Below, in pieces: positions 35,026 through 44,396 of a stretch of 64,000 nucleotides of DNA (the first letter of the stretch is position 1; the number at the start of each line of letters is the position of its first letter). The notes beneath the pieces are model-generated. The model had not been told where the DNA came from, did not search any database, and was given only the letters and a program-made list of their open reading frames with translations. The translations under genes were made by a program, and so were the position numbers. Origin of the DNA: a virus. The stretch lies in the IMG/VR virus record IMGVR_UViG_3300044640_002221, positions 64,001 through 128,000 of that record; one strand, 5' to 3'.

Positions 35026-36693
35026 CTAGCTCTCTTTTACTGAATTTGTAGCTTCTTCTGTTAGCTCGACTGTAACAACACCCCGCTGCACTTTAATTAC
35101 AGCTGTGTTTCCTGAAGGTACAAGCCAGCTTATACTGTTCTCTACAGCTTCTTGTATTCTGGCTTGAACAGCCTCTTCTTGTGATAAAAGCAGACTGCGG
35201 GCTAAAGACCATACCTCACCACTGAAATACTCTGCTTGAGTATCGTAGCTATCACAGTCTCTATCATCACTTGGACTAAAGAAGCATAAGGTTAAGATAT
35301 CAACCAGCTCCTCCACCTTGATTTTGCTATCTTTGGTTAATATTACTACAACCTCATCGAGATCACAGCAATACTCCTCACGAGCCAAAACAAGGTCTGT
35401 GAGAAGAGTTAAAGTTCCTTGCACGTCATCCTGTTCTATTAACAGTTCCAGCTCTGTAGAGTCCGGTCTATCTTTGTAATCGTCCAGCAACTCTTCTAGT
35501 GACAGCTTGTTATTACCATAAGTAAATTCAGCTTTTACTTCTTCTAGCCTCGCAAGACTCTCGTACCACTGATATCCTTTATAGTCAGTGTTTTGAGATA
35601 CTAAAGTTATCTGTTCAGAATTATTTTCTAAAGCATGGTGCAGAGTATGCTCTTCATACCCTTCTTGGACAACGTTGTATACTACTGCATTGGTAGCTAC
35701 TACGCTTACCTCTTCGCTGCTAAACTCATTATGATAGTCATGAGTCTCTGGATACCACTTAATGAGCTTCTGCTCCGCTTCTGGTAGTTCTATACTAAAA
35801 GACTCTTTGGCTTCTAACCATAACTCATATCTTAAAGTATGACTACCACCGTCGTCGCAATAGTTCTTTATGTAGTTAAAGACAACTTTTTTGCATTGTT
35901 GAAAGAGTAACGGTAAGAAGTCATTGGACACAACTTCTTTTCTGCTAGGCAAGACTAGTTGTAGCTTAGGGCAATCAACAATATCTACTCTCACAAACAA
36001 GTCATCTTGACCTAATGCTCTACTAAAACTAGGTCTTCTTAGGTCGTGGCAGTTAATCTCCAAACCGTAAAAGTTTAGTTTAAACTCTGAGGTGTACCTT
36101 TGATGAAGTTTCAAAATACCAATCTTTAATCCTTCCCACTCTTCTTCATAAACAGCATCTTCTAGAAAGTCTTTGGGTTTGTTTAACTCCGCGCCATTAT
36201 ACTCTACTTGAACAGGATAGAACTTACAGGCTCTCTCTAGCTCGCACTTAAAGTAAAATTCTTCTTCAGTGTTTCTGAATGTGATTCTAGTACCTCTTGA
36301 AAAGTCTGACTTCTCAACTTCTACCTCTTTAGCACCACTAAAAGCCTCAGCATCTAATCGGACTTTCTTTCCATGTGATTCTATTACACTAGCTAAGTTA
36401 GCTAGTGAGAACAACCCACAACCTGCGGGGTCTTCTCTTTCTTGAGTCTCAGAAGACCACTCACTACCCCCAAGGTTGATAGCAACACCTTTAGAAAAGA
36501 TTCCTACACCGTTATCTTCAATAGAAACTGTGTTGGCATTGATACTTTTAAAAACCTTAACTTTAGTAGCTCCAGCTCTGCGTGAGTTTTGTAGTAGCTC
36601 ATTAAGAATGTCTTCTGTTGTTGAGTTAAAGAAGTTTCTAGCTTTATCTAGAATCTTTGGGTTTATGCCAATTTTGAATGTGTTAGTTATCAT
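35026..36693 (-). CDS. GHKL (HATPase_c/MutL-like) ATPase
   Basis: ILNELLQNSRRAGA, IEDNGVGI, EDPAGCGLFSLA, GTRITF. Confidence 0.8.
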   Translation of the reverse strand: MITNTFKIGINPKILDKARNFFNSTTEDILNELLQNSRRAGATKVKVFKSINANTVSIEDNGVGIFSKGVAINLGGSEWSSETQEREDPAGCGLFSLANLASVIESHGKKVRLDAEAFSGAKEVEVEKSDFSRGTRITFRNTEEEFYFKCELERACKFYPVQVEYNGAELNKPKDFLEDAVYEEEWEGLKIGILKLHQRYTSEFKLNFYGLEINCHDLRRPSFSRALGQDDLFVRVDIVDCPKLQLVLPSRKEVVSNDFLPLLFQQCKKVVFNYIKNYCDDGGSHTLRYELWLEAKESFSIELPEAEQKLIKWYPETHDYHNEFSSEEVSVVATNAVVYNVVQEGYEEHTLHHALENNSEQITLVSQNTDYKGYQWYESLARLEEVKAEFTYGNNKLSLEELLDDYKDRPDSTELELLIEQDDVQGTLTLLTDLVLAREEYCCDLDEVVVILTKDSKIKVEELVDILTLCFFSPSDDRDCDSYDTQAEYFSGEVWSLARSLLLSQEEAVQARIQEAVENSISWLVPSGNTAVIKVQRGVVTVELTEEATNSVKES

Positions 36694-36833
36694 TATTTCT
36701 ACTTTCTTGCGTTGTTTAGTCTGTAGTTATACAGCCCTTATATTCCACTGATAAAGAGAGAAGTTTAGTCCTTCTGCACCTTTTGGCTTTAGGTTAGCCC
36801 TAATGTAATCAATCATCATTTAAGCCCTTATAG

Positions 36834-37430
36834 TTAAAGAACAATATCCCAATCATCTGGTAAAGCGTTTAAGTCTGCTTGCAATCCAGTTCTTTTATCA
36901 ATCCATCTGCTGCATATCCAATCTGGGATGCCCTCTGGATACATCTTCTTTAAGTCACCAACAACAAACCCTACCACACCAGCAGAAGGACTTTTAGCCA
37001 CATCTATGCCCGCTCTCAAACAGCAATGCACAGGTGAAGACCACCTTTCAACTATTTGGTTTCTGAGGTTATCATAGGCTTCAAGCCGTTTGTCCTTGCC
37101 ACGCTGCTCCCATAACTTCTCTAGCACCTTTAACTCTTTTTCTGTAGAGTGTCTATGGATTCTGGCGTATATCTCATTCTCTATACCTTCAGAGATTAAA
37201 CTGCTCAATAGCAAGGGCTTATTTCTAGAGTCAAAATACTTGTGGTCTTCTGCGTAAGGTTCAGTTTCATCCCAGCTTGTGTAAAGAGATAAGTCATCTT
37301 TTATCTCTGTGAATATGCAATCTAAGCTATCCAAAATCCACTCAAGACTAGGTTCTTCACTATCTACATAACAAGCTTTTGCCATTCTGGTTGAGAAGTC
37401 TATCCAACGTTCATTAGCTATTTGCGTCAT
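36834..37430 (-). CDS. Hypothetical protein
   Basis: ORF track; CCLRAGIDVA..PSAGVVGF. Confidence 0.7.
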   Translation of the reverse strand: MTQIANERWIDFSTRMAKACYVDSEEPSLEWILDSLDCIFTEIKDDLSLYTSWDETEPYAEDHKYFDSRNKPLLLSSLISEGIENEIYARIHRHSTEKELKVLEKLWEQRGKDKRLEAYDNLRNQIVERWSSPVHCCLRAGIDVAKSPSAGVVGFVVGDLKKMYPEGIPDWICSRWIDKRTGLQADLNALPDDWDIVL

Positions 37431-37548
37431 TACTAACCCACTTATACGTTATGTCATCTTCTGTACTTACAAGACCAAGAGCTTCAAGAACTTTAAGAGT
37501 TTGTTCCCCAGCACTCATGAAGTCGTGAGTCATCCAACTTTCACTTCC

Positions 37549-37590
37549 TTGACACTCTCAGGTCTAAAGACACTGAGCTTTACGCTTACC
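37549..37590 (-). mobile_element. 42-nt IS200/IS605 right-end-like mini-element, copy 1
   Basis: GGTAAGCGTAAAGCTCAGTGTCTTTAGACCTGAGAGTGTCAA; 38/42 identical to copy 2; hairpin plus TCAA end. Confidence 0.6.
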
Positions 37591-37921
37591 GGATATTGCT
37601 GTAAGTTAGATACTCTTTAGACATATTTACTAAAGCTGTCACTACTTCTTGTTTAGTAACTGCTGCTGGTAGCTCTATAACTAAGAACTTATCCGAGTCT
37701 AAAGTAGAGTTTGAACCATAATATTCTGAAGATTTAGACCAGGTGTATCTGCCCTCACATAGCTTTTCTACCTTCCCTAACTTTTCAAGAGTATCCAAGC
37801 ACAGCCAGTCAGTTTCTGTATCTGCTTCAAGATAAACTGCGTCTAAGTCAGAAAGGTACTGTAAAGCCATCCCTTCTAAAGTTTCTACTAGTTCTGGTAT
37901 GGTATTAACTGTCTTTTTCAC
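37586..37921 (-). CDS. Hypothetical protein
   Basis: Stop codon supplied by the 42-nt element. Confidence 0.7.
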   Translation of the reverse strand: MKKTVNTIPELVETLEGMALQYLSDLDAVYLEADTETDWLCLDTLEKLGKVEKLCEGRYTWSKSSEYYGSNSTLDSDKFLVIELPAAVTKQEVVTALVNMSKEYLTYSNIR

Positions 37922-38393
37922 CTTTCAAAAACTCCTCAAATATTTTAGTAACTACTACCTGCGGCAGTTCATCATCACTATCAAAGCAAATAGACACCCA
38001 TATAGGTTCTTCTGAGGTTCCAATTCTTGAGTCTCTTACGCAGTGATGCCACTCGCAGTTGTTTAAGATAATAATTGTTCCAGCCTCTTGGGGATTAAAG
38101 TTGTTTTCCTGGTCAACACCTTTAGCTATTAGACCTGTATTGATCAGAACCAAGTGATAAGCATACTGTGAGAACTCATCATCTGTATGACTAGCCACTC
38201 CGCCTGTAGCTATAAAATAAGCATCACCAAGAGAGTAACTATCTGTTACTAAGGAAGGGTCAAAAGAAGTAAACTCTTGATGTACGTCTCCTTCAGCTAT
38301 TAATTCGCCAGCGAAGGTTGTCTCAACTTGGTTTAGAGGATAAACTTGTCTAACTTGCTCTTCAGTAAACTGTTTCCATTGGTTAAGCAGCAT
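37905..38393 (-). CDS. 2OG-Fe(II) oxygenase / cupin-like protein
   Basis: VASHTDD (HxD), AGTIIILNN..WH. Confidence 0.6.
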   Translation of the reverse strand: MLLNQWKQFTEEQVRQVYPLNQVETTFAGELIAEGDVHQEFTSFDPSLVTDSYSLGDAYFIATGGVASHTDDEFSQYAYHLVLINTGLIAKGVDQENNFNPQEAGTIIILNNCEWHHCVRDSRIGTSEEPIWVSICFDSDDELPQVVVTKIFEEFLKGEKDS

Positions 38394-38443
38394 AAAGTTT
38401 TTATTTTTATTCTTTCTCTATTCTTTTTTCTTATTATTTTAAG

Positions 38444-38517
38444 TGCCCTCTGGTGAACTCGAATCACCAACCGATTCCTTAGAAGGGAATTGCTCTGTCC
38501 AATTGAGCTAAGAGAGC
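38444..38517 (-). tRNA. trnR: tRNA-Arg(TCT)
   Basis: GCTCTCT/AGAGGGC acceptor, ATTCC-CTTCTAA-GGAAT anticodon arm, GGTGA-TTCGAGT-TCACC T arm; CCA not encoded. Confidence 0.95.
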
Positions 38518-38521
38518 TTGA

Positions 38522-38592
38522 AGCTGGTAATAGGATTTGAACCTATGTCTTTCCTTTACAAGAGGATTGCACTGCCATTATGCTACACCAGC
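38522..38592 (-). tRNA. trnT: tRNA-Thr(TGT)
   Basis: GCTGGTG/TACCAGC acceptor, loop CTTGTAA, TAGG-TTCAAAT-CCTA; one mismatch in the anticodon stem. Confidence 0.92.
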
Positions 38593-38596
38593 AAAG

Positions 38597-38669
38597 GTAG
38601 CATGAAGAGACTTGAACTCTCAACCTGCTGCGCCACAAGCAGCCGCTCCACCTTTGAGCTACATACTAC
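38597..38669 (-). tRNA. trnH: tRNA-His(GTG) with encoded G-1:C73
   Basis: G-TAGTATG/CATGCTA-C, GCTGC-TTGTGGC-GCAGC, GAGAG-TTCAAGT-CTCTT. Confidence 0.93.
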
Positions 38670-38680
38670 ATCTTTTTTTT

Positions 38681-38689
38681 ACTATACCA
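38681..38689 (-). promoter_or_regulatory. Putative extended -10 promoter for the tRNA cluster
   Basis: TGgTATAGT ending 12 nt upstream of tRNA-His. Confidence 0.5.
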
Positions 38690-38696
38690 CAGCTTG

Positions 38697-39113
38697 CTAT
38701 GAATTTCTAAACCTATCATAATAAGTTGTGATTCCGCACACTACTGTGCCTTTCTCTAGCTTCAAAGGAGCAGCAAGAATGTTATCTGGGTTAATTCCTA
38801 ACTCAACTGCCATCTTTCTTGCTCTGACAGCTAATAATTCACTCTTCTGGGCGTTGAACCCCTCAAGACATACTTTATACTCTTGAGCCGCAAATAAAGC
38901 TGCTAACAGAATCTCTGTAGTAGAACCAAACCCTCTGCTATTTTTTATCCAATCAGCTTTTTGATAAGTAGTGAGCTTATTATTATCTAGTACGTCTTTT
39001 ACTACCTTAACAATGTAGTCCCAAGGTTCTAAAAGCCCTAAAGCTTGTCTTATGTCTTCTACAGATTTGTACTTTAACTCTGTCTGTAACGAACTGTTTG
39101 TTCCTGTAATCAT
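38697..39113 (-). CDS. Hypothetical protein
   Basis: ORF track; RGFGSTTEILL. Confidence 0.65.
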   Translation of the reverse strand: MITGTNSSLQTELKYKSVEDIRQALGLLEPWDYIVKVVKDVLDNNKLTTYQKADWIKNSRGFGSTTEILLAALFAAQEYKVCLEGFNAQKSELLAVRARKMAVELGINPDNILAAPLKLEKGTVVCGITTYYDRFRNS

Positions 39114-39182
39114 CTAAACCTCCATTTTAAAAGCCTACAAGATTACCTTGTAGGCTTACTCACACCACACTTCACTTGATCT

Positions 39183-39704
39183 TCACACAGCTAAGACTTC
39201 TTGCATAGCTTCTGCCTCTGAGTCTAAATCACGGTTCACACTCAAGTCACTATCAAACTTATCAGGGTAACGAGCACGAAGTTTAGCAATATTAGCCTCC
39301 ATAGCTCTGTTAACATCTACACCTCTTGTGGAAGTGAAGAGAGCTAGAAACCATAGTAAGTCTCCAGTTTCCTCAAACTCGTTAAGCTCTCCTGTTTCAT
39401 CAATAAAACCTAACAAAGCTTCTATTGACTCACCAACAATACCTAACAAGCTATGCAAAGTATCGAAGCCTTGCTTACCATATACCATTGGGTAAGTTTC
39501 TGTAACTTTATATTCTTCTTCCGAAGCAGTTAACTCCTCTTGAGGCTTACCATAGAATAAAGCTCTTTTCAGCTTAGTAATTTTTTCTTCTGCTGCTCGG
39601 AGCATTAGGATAAGTTCTGCTAAGGCTGAGGCTTTTACTGTATCTCCATAAAAGTTAGGAGAGAGAGTTCTTAACGCTTGTGGTGTGTAATCTTGAAATT
39701 CCAT
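39183..39704 (-). CDS. MazG-like nucleotide pyrophosphohydrolase
   Basis: HSLLGIVGESIE, EETGDLLWFLA, NIAKLRARYPDKF. Confidence 0.85.
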   Translation of the reverse strand: MEFQDYTPQALRTLSPNFYGDTVKASALAELILMLRAAEEKITKLKRALFYGKPQEELTASEEEYKVTETYPMVYGKQGFDTLHSLLGIVGESIEALLGFIDETGELNEFEETGDLLWFLALFTSTRGVDVNRAMEANIAKLRARYPDKFDSDLSVNRDLDSEAEAMQEVLAV

Positions 39705-39849
39705 GCTACTATTGCTACTCTATTAAGCAGCTTTAATGTTTTCTTCTGTTTTTACTACTATTCTCAAAGGCTAGTGTATCTACCAGGAAACCATACCTGA
39801 TTTGTTATAGAAACTACAAAGTTTTCATGAACTGGTGTTATTTTTATGC

Positions 39850-40647
39850 TCATTTTAGCTGCCCTAACTTTCTAAAATGTCTTTCATAGTCCTCAAATCT
39901 TATCTTGGTGATGAATGAGCGATCGCCATTTCTCACAATAATACCTTCTGGATTTCCTGTTGCTTCCTTTGACAGTTTGCACTGCGTAGAGTCAATCAAT
40001 CTCTTCAGAAAGTTGTAGGTTTCTTCTATTCCGGTTGGTAAAACTACTGGCTGACTCTTATTTAGCATTGGTACCAAGTCTAAGTAATTACTTTCTGCAA
40101 ATGCCTCTAAGAACACACAATTAAAGAACTCTTGCCCACCATTATCTCTCCAAGAGGCTATAGCAGGCAAACTATCGTCTAGTCTAGACAAGGAAACCCT
40201 TGATATATCAAACAACCTGTAACCAACTTCTCCAGTAGAGTAATTTTTAAAGTTAGGTTGTGTGGACTCTCCATAGACTTCAAAGTAGAGAGTGGTAATC
40301 ATATCCTCTAGATAATTAAAGGCTTTACTACATAGTTCTTCTGCTAGAGGTTTTAGAGTTTCTACAATATTTTGGGTGTACACCTGTAAGAAATCTCCCT
40401 TGCTATACAACAACTCCTCTCTGCTTCCTATTACGTATCTCCACTTGTTATTGTGCATAAAGAGGCTAATCCTAGAGTTACAGCCATCCACCTTTTCTGT
40501 GGAGTATAGAACACTCTGCATAGGATTCTTATTAGCTGGAGGAGTTACGTTTAGTTCCTCTGTCAATAGCCCTTTCTGCCCATGCTTATGGTATGACAGG
40601 ATGGAAGGGTACTTTGTTGCACTGTTTAGTGCTGTGATGTTGACCAT
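39850..40647 (-). CDS. ATP-dependent RNA ligase (Rnl2-like nucleotidyltransferase)
   Basis: TKYPSI, motif I EKVDGCNSRI, YFEVYG, LFDI, EGIIVR, KIR. Confidence 0.8.
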   Translation of the reverse strand: MVNITALNSATKYPSILSYHKHGQKGLLTEELNVTPPANKNPMQSVLYSTEKVDGCNSRISLFMHNNKWRYVIGSREELLYSKGDFLQVYTQNIVETLKPLAEELCSKAFNYLEDMITTLYFEVYGESTQPNFKNYSTGEVGYRLFDISRVSLSRLDDSLPAIASWRDNGGQEFFNCVFLEAFAESNYLDLVPMLNKSQPVVLPTGIEETYNFLKRLIDSTQCKLSKEATGNPEGIIVRNGDRSFITKIRFEDYERHFRKLGQLK

Positions 40648-40942
40648 TTAATCTCCTCTCTATTTCTTTTGATTTCATTAGTTCTGCGATCGCTTCTTTT
40701 AGACTCTCAGCAGCAGCCTCAGCAACTTCATAGCTGCCATTAATCTCACCATCTACCTGAATAATGTAGTTAGTAATGACGGCTCTCCACTGCTTTTCTT
40801 TAGACTCATAAATTAGAAAAAATTCATGAGTCCAACACTGCTCTCCCATTTTAATCCTGCTCTTAGCGTTCAGAGCCTCACAGAGGACTACTATTTCTTG
40901 AATTGGAAGCATTTTTATTCTATTGATTTCATAAGCGACCAC
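40586..40942 (-). CDS. Hypothetical protein (likely start MLPIQE)
   Basis: ORF track. Confidence 0.6.
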   Translation of the reverse strand: MVAYEINRIKMLPIQEIVVLCEALNAKSRIKMGEQCWTHEFFLIYESKEKQWRAVITNYIIQVDGEINGSYEVAEAAAESLKEAIAELMKSKEIERRLNGQHHSTKQCNKVPFHPVIP

Positions 40943-41103
40943 AGCACCTCTTCCGGGTTCTCAGCGGTAGCACTGGCAATTATTTGACCACCGACTTTGT
41001 AGATAGATGCTACCCACTTTGCCTCGGCGTTGTTGTAAGTAAGAGAAAAGTCTGCATTTAGCTTTTTGCAGGTGTTAGTTACTGTTCTATTAGGGTCTAG
41101 CAT
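40915..41103 (-). CDS. Hypothetical protein
   Basis: RBS AGGAGAGG. Confidence 0.65.
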   Translation of the reverse strand: MLDPNRTVTNTCKKLNADFSLTYNNAEAKWVASIYKVGGQIIASATAENPEEVLWSLMKSIE

Positions 41104-41120
41104 TTAAACAACCTCTCCTA

Positions 41121-41417
41121 TTAAGTAATAAGAAACATCAAGTTATCTAACACGGCGGCTATTAACTCAAGGTTTTTTGCTTCTAGCCTTATCTTCTTAC
41201 CTTCTTCATAGCCTAATCAAGCGGTTGTATTCGGCAGAATATGAAAGTTGTCTGGATGGTACTCAAACTTTATACCCACAGAGTCATCGCTTTCACTAAA
41301 AAACCAAGTTCCCGGATGGACTAAATGAAAGTTATTAAGCTCAAGAGTCTTTTCAATAAGCTGAAAAGCTTTTAGTACAACTTCTGTCTTAGTTTTTGGG
41401 TAGTATTCTTCTTCCAT
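41121..41417 (-). pseudogene. Hypothetical gene with an internal in-frame TGA (41219-41217)
   Basis: The frame stays open for 31 codons after TGA (TTA*LGYEEGKKIRLEAKNLELIAAVLDNL...) and ends at the next gene's RBS. Confidence 0.55.
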
Positions 41418-41421
41418 TATT

Positions 41422-42222
41422 TCAAACCTTGACGAACTGTTCGCTGCGTATCTCCTTACTACAAGCTACCAAGGCTAACAAACTATCTTCTAGTTCATCT
41501 AGCCCCCGCTCATTTAACAAAACAATATCAGCTAACTCTTTAAACCTTGCTGTATCTTCACTAGCATGAGCGTCGGCAGCTTCAATTGCTCTATCTACAT
41601 AAATCAGCAAAGCGCCTTGCTGCCGAGCCCATAAAGCTTCATTCTCAAAGCGACCATCTGTAACTACAATTTTACAGTTAGGGTCTTGCTTTCTTAACTC
41701 TTCTATCTGCACTTGCAAGGCTAAACACCAGGTATCAGGATGGATAGACCTGAATACTTCTGTTCCTAAGATTTGAAGAGCTTGGCGAGGAGATAGATCG
41801 TAAGGGTAGATGTACTTCTGTAACAGTGAACTAACCAGTCCTACAGCTTGTAAATAGCTTAAGCCATTAAACTTATAGTTTGGAACATTATTAGGCTTTT
41901 GGTAGCCATAAATCATTTCTAGAACTGTTGGTAACTTAGCAGTCCACAAATACTCATGTGTATTTCTGAATCCAGAGATAACAGCATCTTTATGGTACTC
42001 CCGGCCTGTTCTCAAGTCAGGATGTGGATACTCCCTCCATGCTCTATCTTCTTCTGTCAGCCCATCTAACCTGTCCCTTGGTAAATCATATACCCAAGCC
42101 ACAATGTCCTTTAGACGGCTGGCAAAGCTCATCTGGTGATAGCCGTAGTTCTTCATAAGAAATCTACCACAAGTGGACTTACCGCTTCCTTTTGGTCCGC
42201 TCAGAATGATTAGATTATTCAT
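41422..42222 (-). CDS. Deoxynucleoside monophosphate kinase (T4 gp1-like)
   Basis: SGPKGSGKST, SFASRLKD, RQALQILGTEVFR, VTDGRFENEA. Confidence 0.88.
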   Translation of the reverse strand: MNNLIILSGPKGSGKSTCGRFLMKNYGYHQMSFASRLKDIVAWVYDLPRDRLDGLTEEDRAWREYPHPDLRTGREYHKDAVISGFRNTHEYLWTAKLPTVLEMIYGYQKPNNVPNYKFNGLSYLQAVGLVSSLLQKYIYPYDLSPRQALQILGTEVFRSIHPDTWCLALQVQIEELRKQDPNCKIVVTDGRFENEALWARQQGALLIYVDRAIEAADAHASEDTARFKELADIVLLNERGLDELEDSLLALVACSKEIRSEQFVKV

Positions 42223-42492
42223 AGAACTTTTTCAATGATTGATACATAAGCTGAATCTTTGAACTCATTAATACCAACGCTGTCAATATCAACTAACGCG
42301 CAGTTTAGTAAAGCTGCTTTTAGTGCGTCTTGCTGTTGATTTGTTCTTTCTTGAGCAGGTACTGTTAAGGCTTGTTTGAGTAAGCCTTCCAAGTATCTAT
42401 ACCAGCACGTCTAGCTAAAACTGGCATACTACTTATATACCGCTTCGCCCATGCTGGTAAGTCTAAGCTGTATACGTCTGTTAAATTACTCA

Positions 42493-42678
42493 TTAGTCTG
42501 GTAGTTTACTTTCTACTAGGTTTGCTAAACTCTGAATGACCTCTTCAACTTGCTCTTGGTTATCAAGTCTAATCTTTAGATAGTCCCACATGAGATTGAT
42601 AACGGCTTCAAGAGTGTCTATTTGGTCACGGTGGGACTTACTCTGTTCAGCAAGCATTATTACGTCTTCAATGTCCAT
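42493..42678 (-). CDS. Hypothetical protein
   Basis: ORF track; abuts the upstream gene. Confidence 0.6.
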   Translation of the reverse strand: MDIEDVIMLAEQSKSHRDQIDTLEAVINLMWDYLKIRLDNQEQVEEVIQSLANLVESKLPD

Positions 42679-43191
42679 TTAATCTCTAACCCATAAGATG
42701 CCGTTGTTTAATCTTCTAGTAATGTCTTGTTCAAGCACAAAAAGCTTCTCTTCTAACCCATTAAGAAGAGAAAACCAATGTTGGTAAGCAAACAAGCCAA
42801 TATACTTAAGCGGTAAAGATGCTGAGTCTAAAGAAAACCTGTAAACCCTGTCCCGCTCAAGTTCAGTAGCCACACGATAATCACCATCTACACACCTTTC
42901 CACCTTTCCTTTATAGAAAATAGGCTTAGAGATATCTTCTACACTCTGTAAAGGCTGTCTTTGGTAGTAATCTTCTAAAGCTGCTAAAGCCACAGTCGCG
43001 ACTTGAATTAACTCTTCTGCATAGTTGTCTGAATCTCCTTCTCTCACTGCTCTGGCTACTTCACCAAACTCTTCACCAAGAATAGTTAGCCACGCAGTTG
43101 CGTTAAGGCTCTCACCTTTACTACCAAACTTTTTTATCTGGCGATCACGCTCGGCAAGAATAGCATCAAAAAAGTCTGTTGTTGTTTTCAT
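42679..43191 (-). CDS. MazG-like domain protein (second)
   Basis: AERDRQ..KFG, ILGEEFGEVARA, EELIQVA.VA.A.LE. Confidence 0.75.
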   Translation of the reverse strand: MKTTTDFFDAILAERDRQIKKFGSKGESLNATAWLTILGEEFGEVARAVREGDSDNYAEELIQVATVALAALEDYYQRQPLQSVEDISKPIFYKGKVERCVDGDYRVATELERDRVYRFSLDSASLPLKYIGLFAYQHWFSLLNGLEEKLFVLEQDITRRLNNGILWVRD

Positions 43192-43195
43192 GGTT

Positions 43196-43660
43196 TTACT
43201 CTCTAACGTGACAAAATACCTGCGGCTCTTTGATGTCTAACTCTTTTACTTCCAGCAAATCTGGTAAAAACTTTTGAGTTTCTTCACACGCTAAACTAGG
43301 AAAATCTTCGTTAGCTACCACCCAGCCCTCTTCTTTTAAAGCTAGTTCTAAGGCTTGTTCTTTAGAGTATGCAGACACTATCGTTTCTATAGGTGTACTG
43401 CTATAAGCAGATGAAGGGTCACTATAACCAACTGAGTAGATGTTTAAAGCCGCTTTTTCGATGTCTAACAAATCTACTTCTCTTAAACGCCAGTAGATAG
43501 ATAACCAGTTAAGACCTTCACCTTGCTCTCTTTTTATCTTCTGCAGTAATTGTTCTGCAAATTCTTCACTTGTCCCTAAAGGTAAAGAAAACATTGGGGA
43601 GTCATTCTTACAAATTACAAACTGTTTAGTCATAATGTGGGTTGGTTTATTGTTAAGCAC
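43196..43660 (-). CDS. Hypothetical protein
   Basis: ORF track. Confidence 0.65.
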   Translation of the reverse strand: MLNNKPTHIMTKQFVICKNDSPMFSLPLGTSEEFAEQLLQKIKREQGEGLNWLSIYWRLREVDLLDIEKAALNIYSVGYSDPSSAYSSTPIETIVSAYSKEQALELALKEEGWVVANEDFPSLACEETQKFLPDLLEVKELDIKEPQVFCHVRE

Positions 43661-43970
43661 TTACAGACCACTACCGTCGGTTTGGGGGTGGTTTAATCGG
43701 AGGACTATCTGAGTCTTTCTTTTGTGGTTTTTCTTCTTTATCTTTTGCCATAACTAGTCTCCTTTGTGATTTTGCCTTACTCTTTTCTTTTTGAGCTATT
43801 ACTAGCTCTTGTAGTTCTGGATTTAATAAGAAACAGCAGAAGTTTCGCATCTCGCTCTTAAGAGTGAGTGTGTGGAGTATGTCATTGCTCTCTAGCTAAG
43901 AACTCTTTAATTCTTGATATGACCTCTTGCTTAGTAGTGAACCCTTTTAGTCTGTAGAAGTCAGCATTAA

Positions 43971-44012
43971 TTGACACTCTCAGGGCTAAAGCCGCTGAGT
44001 TTTACGCTTACC
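43971..44012 (-). mobile_element. 42-nt IS200/IS605 right-end-like mini-element, copy 2
   Basis: GGTAAGCGTAAAACTCAGCGGCTTTAGCCCTGAGAGTGTCAA; removing it restores a 37-aa ORF. Confidence 0.6.
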
Positions 44013-44033
44013 GCGAGGTCTTATAAAAACATC

Positions 44034-44363
44034 TCACACCTCTATAGTTTCTGTTTGGTAGTCTTCTAGCTGTCTAATAACGTTCTGGGCTGATAAAGTG
44101 TTTATAAACCTATTAACTGTTGCTCTTTCTAGTAGAAGAGCCCAAACTACAAACTCTTTGTACTTTTCACAGTCTTGCTCTAACAAAGCCAGAAGACTCT
44201 CGACGCGAATCTCCCCCGCATCTACACGGTGATATTGACCTACAGTTAGAAATAGTTGGTCAACAAAGGTATGCTCTTTTCTTGTAAGATAACCTTCTAT
44301 CTTTGAACCTTGTCCATTCTCTATTAAGTCTTTGACCCTTGACTCTTTCTGTTCACACCACAA
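44034..44363 (-). CDS. Hypothetical protein
   Basis: ORF track. Confidence 0.65.
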   Translation of the reverse strand: MWCEQKESRVKDLIENGQGSKIEGYLTRKEHTFVDQLFLTVGQYHRVDAGEIRVESLLALLEQDCEKYKEFVVWALLLERATVNRFINTLSAQNVIRQLEDYQTETIEV

Positions 44364-44396
44364 TGCTAATTTAACGCCACTCTTTTTACCTTGCTC

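Noticed and set aside
38518-38721. 67-aa plus-strand ORF
   Set aside because: It is antisense to the tRNA-Thr and tRNA-His genes.
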